The notes beneath the pieces are model-generated. The model saw only the letters and a program-made list of their open reading frames with translations. It searched no databases and was not told where the DNA came from. Below, in pieces: positions 20,322 to 28,925 of a stretch of 64,000 nt of DNA. The stretch's first letter is position 1. The number at the start of each line of letters is the position of its first letter. Source of the DNA: an uncultured delta proteobacterium (lineage in GTDB: Bacteria > Desulfobacterota > Binatia > Binatales > Binataceae); contig CAWJET010000001.1 in NCBI GenBank assembly GCA_963842085.1, positions 320,001 through 384,000 of the forward strand, given 5' to 3'. A program made the position numbers and the translations under genes.

Positions 20322-20762
20322 TCACTGAGAAGACTTTCCTGCGAGCGCTGCTTTGGCGAGCTCGCTAGCGGTCTTGCCGTCAAGGCCGGCGCCGAACTTG
20401 TCGCGTAGCGCCTTCATGATTGGCCCGATCTGAGACGCGCCCGCCGCGATCGCCGCCGCGATTTCCGCGCGCACTTCGTCGGGCGAGGCGGTGGCGGGCA
20501 AATACGATTCGAGGACCTTGGCTTCGGTCTCGTTCTGCTCGATCAGATCCTGGCGGGCGGCCTTGCGCGCAAATTCCAGCGACTCTTCGCGCTTGGCCCG
20601 CTCGCGCTTGATGATTTGCAGGATCTCGGCTTCGTTGGGGTCGCGGCGAACGTCTTTTTCGAGCCGCGAGATCTCCGACAACACGCCGCGCAGCGCCATC
20701 GTGCGCAGCTTGTCGCCGCTCTTCATCGCGGCCTTGAGATCGTTCTGGATCCTAGCCTTCAC
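20322..20762 (-). CDS. GatB/YqeY domain protein
   Basis: DLKAAMKSGD...KREES...EAKVLESYLP...DGK. Confidence 0.9.
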   Translation of the reverse strand: MKARIQNDLKAAMKSGDKLRTMALRGVLSEISRLEKDVRRDPNEAEILQIIKRERAKREESLEFARKAARQDLIEQNETEAKVLESYLPATASPDEVRAEIAAAIAAGASQIGPIMKALRDKFGAGLDGKTASELAKAALAGKSSQ

Positions 20763-20798
20763 TCAATAGCAACTCCAATAGCTACTTCTCCCGACTGA

Positions 20799-21308
20799 CT
20801 ATTTATGGGCCGCCGCCACGCCGGGGGTTGCCACGTCTTCCCACTTGGGCTGTTCGACTTCGGTCCATTTGCTGCCGTCGAGGCGGTAGTTGAAAATCAG
20901 CACCTTTTGCTTGCCGGTCGGCTTGCCTTTGCCCTCGCCGCTTTTGGGCGGCGTGTATTCGGGCGCCTGCAGCTTCGCGAGCACGGTCCAGTGCCCCGCC
21001 TTCATCGTAGGCAGGTACATGAACTTTGCGTGCTCGAGATCGACGTACACCTGTCCCGACGACTTCTTCTCGCTCTCGTCGCTGACATAGGTGTCGGATT
21101 CGCTCGCGATAGTGTCGCTGAGCGCCTGGCGTTGCGCGGCGGGGATGGGATTCTCGCGGGCGGGACCGGGAGCGCTCGGACCAGCGGGACCGCTGTTGTT
21201 GTAAAGGTCCTTCTTGACTTCGATCGCGCGTGCGCGGTTGGGCGCAAGAATCGCCACGACCATCAGCCCCGCCACCGCCAGAGTAGTACATGCTTTCGCA
21301 GCCATCAT
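20799..21308 (-). CDS. secreted hypothetical protein
   Basis: Signal peptide ending ARA; GAGG Shine-Dalgarno; host-like codon usage. Confidence 0.7.
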   Translation of the reverse strand: MMAAKACTTLAVAGLMVVAILAPNRARAIEVKKDLYNNSGPAGPSAPGPARENPIPAAQRQALSDTIASESDTYVSDESEKKSSGQVYVDLEHAKFMYLPTMKAGHWTVLAKLQAPEYTPPKSGEGKGKPTGKQKVLIFNYRLDGSKWTEVEQPKWEDVATPGVAAAHK

Positions 21309-21374
21309 TCCTACCCTCCTCGGATCGCGCTTATATCACGTTTTTCACTAACGCGCGCATACGTCGTGCCATCT

Positions 21375-22235
21375 CTAACGTGATCCAACGCGGTCCGCAC
21401 TTACCTCGACCAGCGCGAATCGAATCGGGACCAGAACCCAGCTTTCGAGCGCAAGTCCGCCGCGGCGAGCCGGGATGAAGCGCCATCGCGAGCGGACGGT
21501 CTGAAGGGCGGCGGCATCGAGCGCGTCGAACGCGGAAGACTCAGCGATTTCGGCGCGCTCGACGGAGCCGTCGGCGCCGACCAGCACCCTGACGATCACA
21601 GTGCCCTGCTGTTCGCGGCGGCGCGCGCTTGCGGGATAGGCGGGAGGAGGATTGCTGGCGTAATCCGCATGCGCGATGGAATCGAGATCCCCGCCGCCGG
21701 CGCCGTCGCCACCGGCGCCTGCGCCCCGCGTCCCCGCACCGGCACCGGCGCCCGCGCCGCCGTTTCCTGAAACGGCGGCTGCGCGCGAGCGCGACGGGTC
21801 GCTGCTCGGCGCGTCACGGATCTGCGAGCCATCGTGCGGCGCCGCTGCGCGCGGTCGCGCGGGCGCGACCGCGCGCAGCGGCGCCAGGCTGGCAACCTCG
21901 AGGTGCGGATGCTCGAGCTGCCGACGCGGCTTCCGCGCCGCCGGCGGCGGTGCGGACCGCGTTGGCGCGAGCGCCACGCGCTCAGCGTGGTGCGGCAGCG
22001 TTCCGGGCGCGGCGGCGCTCGCGCCGCCGCGCCCGGAGGCGCCGTCGCCTGCCTCGACCAGATAGGCGAGCACCCACTCGCTTTGCCTCCGCGGCATCGG
22101 CGAGGCGAGGCACACTATCGACCCGAGGATCGCCGCGTGAGCTGCTATCGAGGCTGCGAACGATGCGAGGTGACGGCGCGAACGCGGCCCGGCCGCGTCG
22201 TATGACTGATCGTTGTGCTGTGCGTCGTCCAACAT
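21375..22235 (-). CDS. tonB: energy transducer TonB
   Basis: TM SIAAHA (SxxxH), Pro/Gly-rich linker, C-terminal YPASARRREQQGTV...ESS..LDAAAL...WRFIPA. The ORF-track start lies inside the riboswitch, so the start was moved to MLDDAQ. Confidence 0.85.
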   Translation of the reverse strand: MLDDAQHNDQSYDAAGPRSRRHLASFAASIAAHAAILGSIVCLASPMPRRQSEWVLAYLVEAGDGASGRGGASAAAPGTLPHHAERVALAPTRSAPPPAARKPRRQLEHPHLEVASLAPLRAVAPARPRAAAPHDGSQIRDAPSSDPSRSRAAAVSGNGGAGAGAGAGTRGAGAGGDGAGGGDLDSIAHADYASNPPPAYPASARRREQQGTVIVRVLVGADGSVERAEIAESSAFDALDAAALQTVRSRWRFIPARRGGLALESWVLVPIRFALVEVSADRVGSR

Positions 22236-22375
22236 CGCCCCAGCCGAGGGTTCGCGAACTGAAGATGGAAGCGGCCAGGAGCGACGGCCGTGCAAGTGGC
22301 ATTGCCACTGCTCGCACGCGCCATTGAAAAGACTCCTGAAGCCTCCCTCACCCGCGAAGGTTCTTACGGCTCCAT

Positions 22376-22470
22376 GATTCGCCCGGTCGCCTGACTCGAT
22401 GAGCACGGTGAGACTCATCTCACAGTTGCGGGGCAGCGCCGGCCTCTCACCGGCTTCCCCGGGCGAATCT
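22376..22470 (-). ncRNA. cobalamin riboswitch, compact form
   Basis: Minus strand: GATTCGCCCG GGGAAGCCGGTGAGAGGCCGGCGCTGCCCCGCAACTGT ... GAGTCAGGCGAC CGGGCGAATC; closing helix plus B12-box motifs. Confidence 0.88.
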
Positions 22471-22476
22471 CAATGC

Positions 22477-22504
22477 ACAGTACGCGCATCGCCGCCGATG
22501 TCAA
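22477..22504 (-). promoter_or_regulatory. sigma70-type promoter of riboswitch-tonB
   Basis: TTGACA-16 nt-TACTGT; predicted start falls at the riboswitch 5' end. Confidence 0.7.
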
Positions 22505-22614
22505 CCGGTTCCCCGGGGAACAATTGCGATTGGTCAATTTGTCGGAGAAAGGGCAATTCACACTACCTGTTGTGGTTGGAAAGGAAGGCATACCCCATCG
22601 GCAGCTTCGTTCCG

Positions 22615-23298
22615 TCAAAATTTGTTTTCGTCAAGCAGTTCCCGCTCGACACCGACTTCGGGCCGGGATGCTGAATCTGTTTCTGAGCCGGGAGCACGGC
22701 GGCGGGCGGCGCGGATCCGCTCAAGGGTATAGAGCGCGCGGTATAGGTTGCGCTTGATGAGGCGTTCGTAGCGGACGATTTTATCTACATCGGAATCGCT
22801 CGGCAGGATGAAGGCGTCGAGTCCGGCGCGATGGAGCTTGCGAGCGGTGCGCTGGCGAGCGGCTTGACGATCGTAGCCCATGATGGCGGCCATCGCCTCG
22901 CTGGGAGTCTCGGTCCTGGCGGCCCGGCGGTAAGCGTCGTCATCGACCCAGGATTTGCGGCATTCGTAGCGGAGCAGCCGCCGGATGCGCCAGCAGCATG
23001 CGGCGACCTCGTCGATCATGATGCGCTCGCGCACGGATTCGGGCTGGAATTCTTCGAGCAAGGCATCGAGGAGCGAATTGAATTCCTCAACGCGAGCGGG
23101 ACCGTCGAGCACGGGATTAACGACGTCGCACGAGAAGAATCCGTGCGTGAGGGCATTGAGGCGGGCGGTGTTTTTGCCTTCGGATGAGCGCGGGCCGGTG
23201 GATTTCTTCGCGTTGGCATGGCGCGCCGCAAGTTGGCGCGGCGAAAGGGCGGGCAGTCCGCTTGCGGGCGAGTGTGGAGTGTTCTGATTGTTGTCCAT
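22615..23298 (-). CDS. hypothetical protein, NAxKSTGPxS/TxEGK family
   Basis: RQLAARHANAKKSTGPRSSEGK...NALTHG...WRIRR...IVRYE. Confidence 0.8.
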   Translation of the reverse strand: MDNNQNTPHSPASGLPALSPRQLAARHANAKKSTGPRSSEGKNTARLNALTHGFFSCDVVNPVLDGPARVEEFNSLLDALLEEFQPESVRERIMIDEVAACCWRIRRLLRYECRKSWVDDDAYRRAARTETPSEAMAAIMGYDRQAARQRTARKLHRAGLDAFILPSDSDVDKIVRYERLIKRNLYRALYTLERIRAARRRAPGSETDSASRPEVGVERELLDENKF

Positions 23299-23360
23299 TC
23301 CAGATCACATAGCGCGGCAGGAGCGGCGGGGTAAGGCTGAACAGTTCATCCTGAACAAAA

Positions 23361-23394
23361 GTGCACGGCTTGAGCGTGAAGCGAACTGATTATT
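23361..23394 (+). repeat. 34-bp direct repeat, left copy
   Basis: GTGCACGGCTTGAGCGTGAAGCGAACTGATTATT; 30/34 identical to 24701-24734. Confidence 0.85.
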
Positions 23395-23486
23395 CTTCTG
23401 GCTGATCTCGCGCGTATCGGAACCCGATACGGCATGCGGACGGGCGGTCCGACTGGATCGGGCGGCAGGCGGGGCAGAGCACCCGC

Positions 23487-23908
23487 TTACTGCGACACGA
23501 GCATCTGCGAGCTGGCGCTAAGGTGCAGGTTGACGGAAGGCATGAAAGGGATCTCGAGGGGGTAGGTGTGTGTGATCTGAATCAGGGCGTCGCTCTGCGC
23601 AGGGATCCGGGCATCGCTTGGAAACGAGACGGTGACATCACTCGCGGCCAGAAAGGGCGCGTAGTTCACGGCGATTCCGGCGATAGTACTGTCACTTTCG
23701 GGGACGGCGCTGGTGGGACTGTGGACGATCGCATAGCGAGCCGCCTCGCGCGCCGCCGCGCTCACGTCGTTGTATGCATTCACGGCGATCGCCATTTCCA
23801 TTATGCCGAAGAGCACCAGCAAAAAGACGGTGGCCGTGACCGCGAATTCAGCCATAGTCTGGCCGGCCGATCGTATGGCCAGGGGGGCGAAATGGCGCGT
23901 CGGTTCAT
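23487..23908 (-). pseudogene. TadE-like pseudopilin with frameshifted leader
   Basis: GQTMAEF processing motif and AAAREAARYA are in the frame of ATG 23855. The coupled ATG at 23908 (ATGA overlap) is 53 nt upstream and therefore out of frame. Confidence 0.65.
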
Positions 23909-24384
23909 TGCTGCACCTGCATTATGGCCTTGCCCGTCAGGGTCAACGAATGCGGAACACCGGGATATTTCAACAGTGTGGTGAATGGTGCGGAAGTATC
24001 GACCTCGACGAAGGTCGCCGTCGCGCTGGCGTCACAGTAGCTTTTGGCACAGGCTGCAACCGATCCTCTGGGTGATTCGCAGGTGCATTGCGACGCGGTC
24101 GCGCTAAGACTCGGAACGTTGCTGCCGTCGGTGGTGGCGGCCGCTTTCATCCCAGTGATGTCCGCGGCAGTTATCACTGTCTCCGATCCATATTGCGCGC
24201 CCGCGCGGGCCGCGCTGTTGACCGCGATGCCGAAGAAGAACACCCGCCCGAAGTCGGCCGCGGCCACTAGCATCAGAGCCAGGACCGGCAGCGCTATCGC
24301 TAGTTCGACCGCCGACTGGCCGCCGCTCCAACCGCGAATATGGGATCTCGCGGGGAATCGTGTTCGCCCGACGCTGCTATTCAT
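23905..24384 (-). CDS. TadE/TadG-family Flp pseudopilin
   Basis: GQSAVELAIALPVL...DFGR...AARAGAQY. Confidence 0.85.
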   Translation of the reverse strand: MNSSVGRTRFPARSHIRGWSGGQSAVELAIALPVLALMLVAAADFGRVFFFGIAVNSAARAGAQYGSETVITAADITGMKAAATTDGSNVPSLSATASQCTCESPRGSVAACAKSYCDASATATFVEVDTSAPFTTLLKYPGVPHSLTLTGKAIMQVQQ

Positions 24385-24570
24385 AAAGGGTGTCCGATTT
24401 GACTGGCGAGCCACCGATTGACGCAAAGTTGGAACTCAAGGTGGTGCCGCCGCTGATGGTGATCGTATAGGCGACCAGAACCGCATCTTCAGGGGCGGCC
24501 GAGCTGCCTCCTGAAAAGACCAGCGGTGTAGTGGCAAAATACAGCGCTCCCTCGAAAATTGCGGTGACTG
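24377..24570 (-). pseudogene. 3' remnant of a TadG-like pilus assembly gene
   Basis: FEGALYFATTPLVFSGGSS...LVAYTITISGGTTL...LYE* overlaps the tadE start; the upstream frame is not protein-like. Confidence 0.6.
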
Positions 24571-24700
24571 CCCGGCGTGGCTTTCCGCGACGGCGCAAGC
24601 CTGGCCGTCGAGTTCGGGGTTCACGACCTCGCCCGCGAAGAAACCGTGCTTGAGCGCGGTTGAGACGCGCAGCGGCCGTCCCTGAACTCGAAGACGAAAG

Positions 24701-24734
24701 GTGCACGGCTTGAGCGGGAAGCGAATAGTTTATT
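24701..24734 (+). repeat. 34-bp direct repeat, right copy
   Basis: GTGCACGGCTTGAGCGGGAAGCGAATAGTTTATT. Confidence 0.85.
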
Positions 24735-24745
24735 AGGATTCGCTC

Positions 24746-25132
24746 GTGAAGCGCGTGAAGAAAAAATTCGCCAAGCTGAACCATCTGCAGATCAACGTGC
24801 GCGATGCGGCGAAGTCGCGCGACTGGTACGTGAAGAACCTCGGTCTCAGGGTCGAGTTCGAGGTGCCCGAGCAGGGCTTCGTCGCGCTCGAGGACGATTG
24901 GGGGATGGCGCTATTGATCAGCCAGGGCAAGCCGGCGAGCGGCGCGGCGTCGGGATTCGTGATTCATTTCGAAGTTGAAGATGTGGACGCGCGCTATCGG
25001 AGCCTCAAGGGCAAGCGCGTGAAATTCGTGCACGCGCCGAAGCGGACGGTGTGGGGGTACGGGCCGGAGATGCGCGATCCGGATGGGTACACGGTCCGGC
25101 TGTTCGATTATCGCAGCATCACGAAATCCTAG
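24746..25132 (+). CDS. VOC/glyoxalase family protein
   Basis: LNHLQINVRD...WYVKNLG; WG...RDPDG. Confidence 0.88.
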   Translation: MKRVKKKFAKLNHLQINVRDAAKSRDWYVKNLGLRVEFEVPEQGFVALEDDWGMALLISQGKPASGAASGFVIHFEVEDVDARYRSLKGKRVKFVHAPKRTVWGYGPEMRDPDGYTVRLFDYRSITKS

Positions 25133-25188
25133 CCTCTCCTTGTGCGAGGAGAGCTTTGCGCAACCTTCGAGCGCGTTCAGGTCGGAGG

Positions 25189-25270
25189 CAGAATCTTGAA
25201 TCGCGCGCGAAAAGAACGCGCGCTGTACAAAGACCCTCACCTTCATCCTCATCCCTTGCAGGGAGAGGAG
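25189..25270 (+). repeat. CCCTCACC/GGGAGAGG palindromic repeat, type A (solo copy)
   Basis: First 23 nt CAGAATCTTGAATCGCGCGCGAA identical to 54826; continues CCCTCACCTTCATCCTC...GGGAGAGG. Confidence 0.88.
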
Positions 25271-25278
25271 ACAGAAAA

Positions 25279-25316
25279 GATCCGGGATTCTTCGCCGCAG
25301 CGGCTCTGAATGACGC
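25279..25316 (-). repeat. GTCAT-type REP-like repeat
   Basis: Minus strand GCGTCATTCAGAGCCGCTGCGGCGAAGAATCCCGGATC. Confidence 0.75.
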
Positions 25317-25351
25317 AGGTTACGGAAAGAATCGTTTACGGAAAGCGGCGG

Positions 25352-25410
25352 TTGACAGTTTTTCGGGATCGCGCTATGAGGTGAAGTTCATAATATGAAT
25401 CTTAATTCAT
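25352..25410 (+). promoter_or_regulatory. promoter with two tandem ATGA-N8-TCAT operators
   Basis: TTGACA at 25352; palindromes at 25376-25391 and 25395-25410, upstream of tetR. Confidence 0.65.
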
Positions 25411-25423
25411 TGCGCACTACTGG

Positions 25424-26218
25424 ATGAGCGTTCAGGAACGGCATCGGCGCGAGCGGCGCGCGCGCGGGCAGGCAATCCTGACCGCGGCCGCCAAGGTCTT
25501 CGCCAGGCATGGGCTGGAAGGCGCGACGATCGAGATGATCGCGCGCGAGGCTGAAGTCGCGGTCGGCACGATCTACCTCTATTACTCGTCGCGCGACGAT
25601 CTTTACCTGAACCTTATCGCGCACCGCGCCGAACAGCTTCGCGCGCGCTACCTGGAGATTTTCGCGCGCGCGCTCGAGCCGCTGGAAGAACTCAAGACCA
25701 TCGCGTCGGCCTATCTCGACTACCTGCGCGAATCGCGCGAGATCTTTTTGTCGCAGCATTCGGTAGTGTTCTCGCAGCTCCATCAGCGCCTGCGACGCAA
25801 GTCTGAAATACGCGATTTTCAGCGGGTGATGGAGCTGAGCCACGAAATCTTCGGACTGTGGGAAGGCACCATCAGGCGCGCGTTCGAGGGCGGCGTGATC
25901 GCCAACTCGATGGGCCCGAAGAGGACCGCGGCGGTGGTCTGGGCGAGCATGAACGGCGCGTTCATGCTGATGGGCGACGGCAATTTCTTCCGCGACGTCA
26001 CCGGGCTCAACCCCGAGCATTTTCTCGACGAGGCGCTCGAATCGCATCTGGCCGCGGCGCAGTTAAGCGTACGAAGAAAAGCGAGCAGGAGCAGAATCGT
26101 GAGTCGCGCGCGAAAAATGCGCGCTGTACAAGGTCCCTCACCCGCGCCACAGCGGCGCGACCTCTCCCGGTTAAGGAGAGGGGAAACAGAAGAAGCCGCG
26201 GTGCATCCCGGCGCGTAA
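25424..26218 (+). CDS. TetR/AcrR regulator; C-terminal tail reads through a palindromic repeat
   Basis: ILTAAAKVFARHG...IAREAEVAVGTIYLYY HTH. Confidence 0.9.
   Translation: MSVQERHRRERRARGQAILTAAAKVFARHGLEGATIEMIAREAEVAVGTIYLYYSSRDDLYLNLIAHRAEQLRARYLEIFARALEPLEELKTIASAYLDYLRESREIFLSQHSVVFSQLHQRLRRKSEIRDFQRVMELSHEIFGLWEGTIRRAFEGGVIANSMGPKRTAAVVWASMNGAFMLMGDGNFFRDVTGLNPEHFLDEALESHLAAAQLSVRRKASRSRIVSRARKMRAVQGPSPAPQRRDLSRLRRGETEEAAVHPGA
26092..26186 (+). repeat. CCCTCACC/GGAGAGGGG palindromic repeat, type B (solo copy, inside tetR ORF)
   Basis: CAGAATCGTGAGTCGCGCGCGAAA...ACAAGGTCCCTCACCCG...GACCTCTCCC...GGAGAGGGGAAA matches the reverse complement of 54331-54427. Confidence 0.88.
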
Positions 26219-26257
26219 TCGCAACGGGAGCGCGACGATCATAAAGGAGAAAGGTTT

Positions 26258-27559
26258 ATGAAATTTACCTGGTTCCACCTGATGCCCTATCGGTTCCTGC
26301 CCGAAGACTTCAAAGAGAAGTATCGCAGCGTATGGGTCGATATCCCGCGCGACTTGTACGATCCGAAAGTCGGGCATCGGCTGTACAACGACTACCTCGA
26401 TCAGCTCGAATACGCCGACGCGATGGGCTTCGACGGGCTGGGCGTCAACGAGCATCATCAGAACGCGTACGGGCTGATGCCGTCGCCGAATATCATGGCG
26501 GCGGCGCTCAGCCGGCGGACGCGCAACGCCAGCCTGGTGGTGCTGGGCAACTCGATCGCGCTCTACAATCCGCCGATTCGGGTGGCCGAGGAATTCGCGA
26601 TGCTCGACGTGATCTCGGGCGGGCGCCTGGTTGCGGGCTTCCCGGTCGGCACCTCGATGGACACCAACTTCTGCTACGGCGAGGTGCCGGCGACGATACG
26701 CGAGAAGTATTACGAGGCGCACGACCTGATCATCAAGGCGTGGACGTCGAAGAACGTGTTCTCGTTCAACGGCAAGTACACCAAGCTGCGTTACGTCAAC
26801 CTGTGGCCAAGGCCGATCCAGCAGCCGCATCCGCCGATCTGGATTCCCGGCGGCGGCTCGGTCGAGACCTACGACTTCTGCGCCGACCACGGCTACCAGT
26901 ACAGCTTCCTGTCCTACTTCGGGTACATCGCGGGCAAGAAGGTTGCCGACGGCTACTGGGAAGTGATGGCGAAGAAAAAGAAGGAGCTGAATCCCTACAG
27001 CCTCGGCTTCGCGCAGGTGGTCGCGGTGTCGGAGACCGACGAGCAGGCGGAGAAGGATTACGCGCCGCATATGGACTACTTCTACAACCGCTGCCTGCAC
27101 GTCTACAACGGCTTCGCCGACGCGCCGGGCTATCGCACGGTGCGGACGATCAAGGCCGGCATCCTGGGCCAGGTCGGCGAGCGGGCGGCGTTGCAGCGCG
27201 AAGGCCTCAAGTGGAAGGACTTCATCGAGCAGGGCTACGTGATCGCGGGCTCGCCCAAGACGGTGCGCGAGCGCCTGCGCGAGGCGATGAAATCGCTCAA
27301 CTGCGGCCATCTGATGATGCTGATGCAGATCGGCTCGATGCCGCCGGAACTGGTGCGCAAGAGCACCACGCTGTTCGCGACCGAGGTGATGCCGCACATG
27401 CGCGACCTGTGGAGCAACTTCGAGGACAAGTGGTCGCCGAAGCGGATGCCGCAAAATGAGATCGCGATGCCGGCCCCGGTCCATTTCCAGAAGACCGAAG
27501 GCAACGGCAAGGCGCGCGCGGTGGCGGCGGCGTCGACGGAAGTCCGGAGCGCGAAATGA
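26258..27559 (+). CDS. luciferase-like (LLM) flavin-dependent monooxygenase
   Basis: GFDGLGVNEHH, AEEFAMLDVISGGRL, PRPIQQPHPPIW. Confidence 0.92.
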   Translation: MKFTWFHLMPYRFLPEDFKEKYRSVWVDIPRDLYDPKVGHRLYNDYLDQLEYADAMGFDGLGVNEHHQNAYGLMPSPNIMAAALSRRTRNASLVVLGNSIALYNPPIRVAEEFAMLDVISGGRLVAGFPVGTSMDTNFCYGEVPATIREKYYEAHDLIIKAWTSKNVFSFNGKYTKLRYVNLWPRPIQQPHPPIWIPGGGSVETYDFCADHGYQYSFLSYFGYIAGKKVADGYWEVMAKKKKELNPYSLGFAQVVAVSETDEQAEKDYAPHMDYFYNRCLHVYNGFADAPGYRTVRTIKAGILGQVGERAALQREGLKWKDFIEQGYVIAGSPKTVRERLREAMKSLNCGHLMMLMQIGSMPPELVRKSTTLFATEVMPHMRDLWSNFEDKWSPKRMPQNEIAMPAPVHFQKTEGNGKARAVAAASTEVRSAK

Positions 27560-28338
27560 ACACGACTCAGAAACTGCTAAACGGAAAGTTCTCGCTCGAG
27601 ATGCAGGTTTACGGCAGCGGCGAGCCGCTCCTGTTCATGCACGGCGCCGGCGGCCTGATGCCGGTCGAGCCGTTCCTGGAGGAGCTGGGCAAGAACTTCA
27701 AAGTCTATGCGCCGCAATTTCCCGGCTACGGCGATTCCACCGGCAACGAGTATATCGACGACGTCGCCGACGCGGTGCTGTTCTATCACGAACTGATGGA
27801 TGAACTCGGCATCCCGACCGCCAACATCGTCGGTCATTCGATGGGCGGGATGCTGGCGGCCGAGGTCGCGGCGTTCGATATTCATCGCGCGAAGAAGCTG
27901 GTGCTGATAGCGCCGGCCGGTTTCTGGATCGACGAAGTGCCGATCCCCGACCTGTTCGCGGCGCAGCTTACCGAGATTGCGCCGCTGCTGTTCCACGATC
28001 CCAGCTCGCCGGCGGCGCAAATGATGACCGCGATACCGACGGACTTCAAAGCGCTGGAGACGATGTACGTCGAGCGCGTGAAGCGGCTGGCGACGGCGAG
28101 CAAATTCCTGTGGCCGATCCCGGACCGCGGGCTGAAGAAGCGCGCGTATCGGATTGCGGCGCCGACCCTGCTGCTGTGGGGCGACGACGACAAGCTGATC
28201 CCGGCGGCCTACGCGAAGGAGTTTACGAGCCGGATCAAGAACAGCAAGCTCGAGCTGATCAAGAACGCCGGGCACATGGTGATGTACGAGCAGCAGGAGG
28301 CGCTGGTCGGCGCGATCCGAAAATTTCTGAAGAGCTGA
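27556..28338 (+). CDS. alpha/beta hydrolase
   Basis: GHSMGG, WGDDD, AGH; ATGA overlap with the LLM gene. Confidence 0.9.
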   Translation: MNTTQKLLNGKFSLEMQVYGSGEPLLFMHGAGGLMPVEPFLEELGKNFKVYAPQFPGYGDSTGNEYIDDVADAVLFYHELMDELGIPTANIVGHSMGGMLAAEVAAFDIHRAKKLVLIAPAGFWIDEVPIPDLFAAQLTEIAPLLFHDPSSPAAQMMTAIPTDFKALETMYVERVKRLATASKFLWPIPDRGLKKRAYRIAAPTLLLWGDDDKLIPAAYAKEFTSRIKNSKLELIKNAGHMVMYEQQEALVGAIRKFLKS

Positions 28339-28360
28339 GACGAACACAACAGATCGCACC

Positions 28361-28395
28361 ACGGCCGGAGCGTCGATGCTCCGGCCGTTTTTTTT
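28361..28395 (+). terminator. intrinsic terminator
   Basis: ACGGCCGGAGC...GCTCCGGCCGT followed by a T run. Confidence 0.85.
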
Positions 28396-28437
28396 CGCGG
28401 CTTGAATCTGAATGCGGACGCGACTAGCTTCCGGCGC

Positions 28438-28860
28438 ATGGCAAATGAAGCGGCGCGCACACCGCGTGGAACTTTTCTCACCGTGATGACGGTGCTGTTT
28501 GTGGTGCTCGCGCTCTCGGATTTCACCAAGGCGATCCAGTTTGCCCGCCACCCTGCGCTCCTCGGGCTGGTGGTCTTCGGTCACCGGCTCCACGGCATCG
28601 CGCACAACCTCGTGCTGGGTCCGCTGTTCGGCGCAGTGCTTCTGTTCTTCGCGTACGGCATCTGGAATTTGCGAAAGTGGGTGCTGCCGCTTTCGATCGT
28701 TTACGCGTTCTACGTCCCCTACAACCTGGTGCTGTTCTGGTACACGCAGCCGCCGGGGCCGCGACCGATTGGCGCCATCGTGGGCTATCTCGCAATCGCG
28801 CTGACGGGGTCGATCGGCACCGCGATCTATCTTGCCTACCATCGCGAGCGGCTCACCTGA
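28438..28860 (+). CDS. 4-TM membrane protein
   Basis: Four hydrophobic segments; host codon usage. Confidence 0.75.
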   Translation: MANEAARTPRGTFLTVMTVLFVVLALSDFTKAIQFARHPALLGLVVFGHRLHGIAHNLVLGPLFGAVLLFFAYGIWNLRKWVLPLSIVYAFYVPYNLVLFWYTQPPGPRPIGAIVGYLAIALTGSIGTAIYLAYHRERLT

Positions 28861-28925
28861 CGCCGCGCGCGCGTGCGCGTTGCGTGCTTGACGGCGGCGG
28901 CGCACAGTTTTAAATTGCAACCACT

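Noticed and set aside
22341-22362. CCCTCACCCG as another copy of the DUF559-associated repeat
   Set aside because: It lacks the GCGCGCG and CCTCTCCC/GGGAGAGG parts and is better explained as riboswitch expression platform.
22236-22418. N-terminal extension of TonB given in the ORF track
   Set aside because: It overlaps the riboswitch and expression platform and is not protein-like.
23361-23394. dif/Xer site
   Set aside because: No match to the 11-6-11 XerC/XerD consensus (no TTATGTTAAAT arm).
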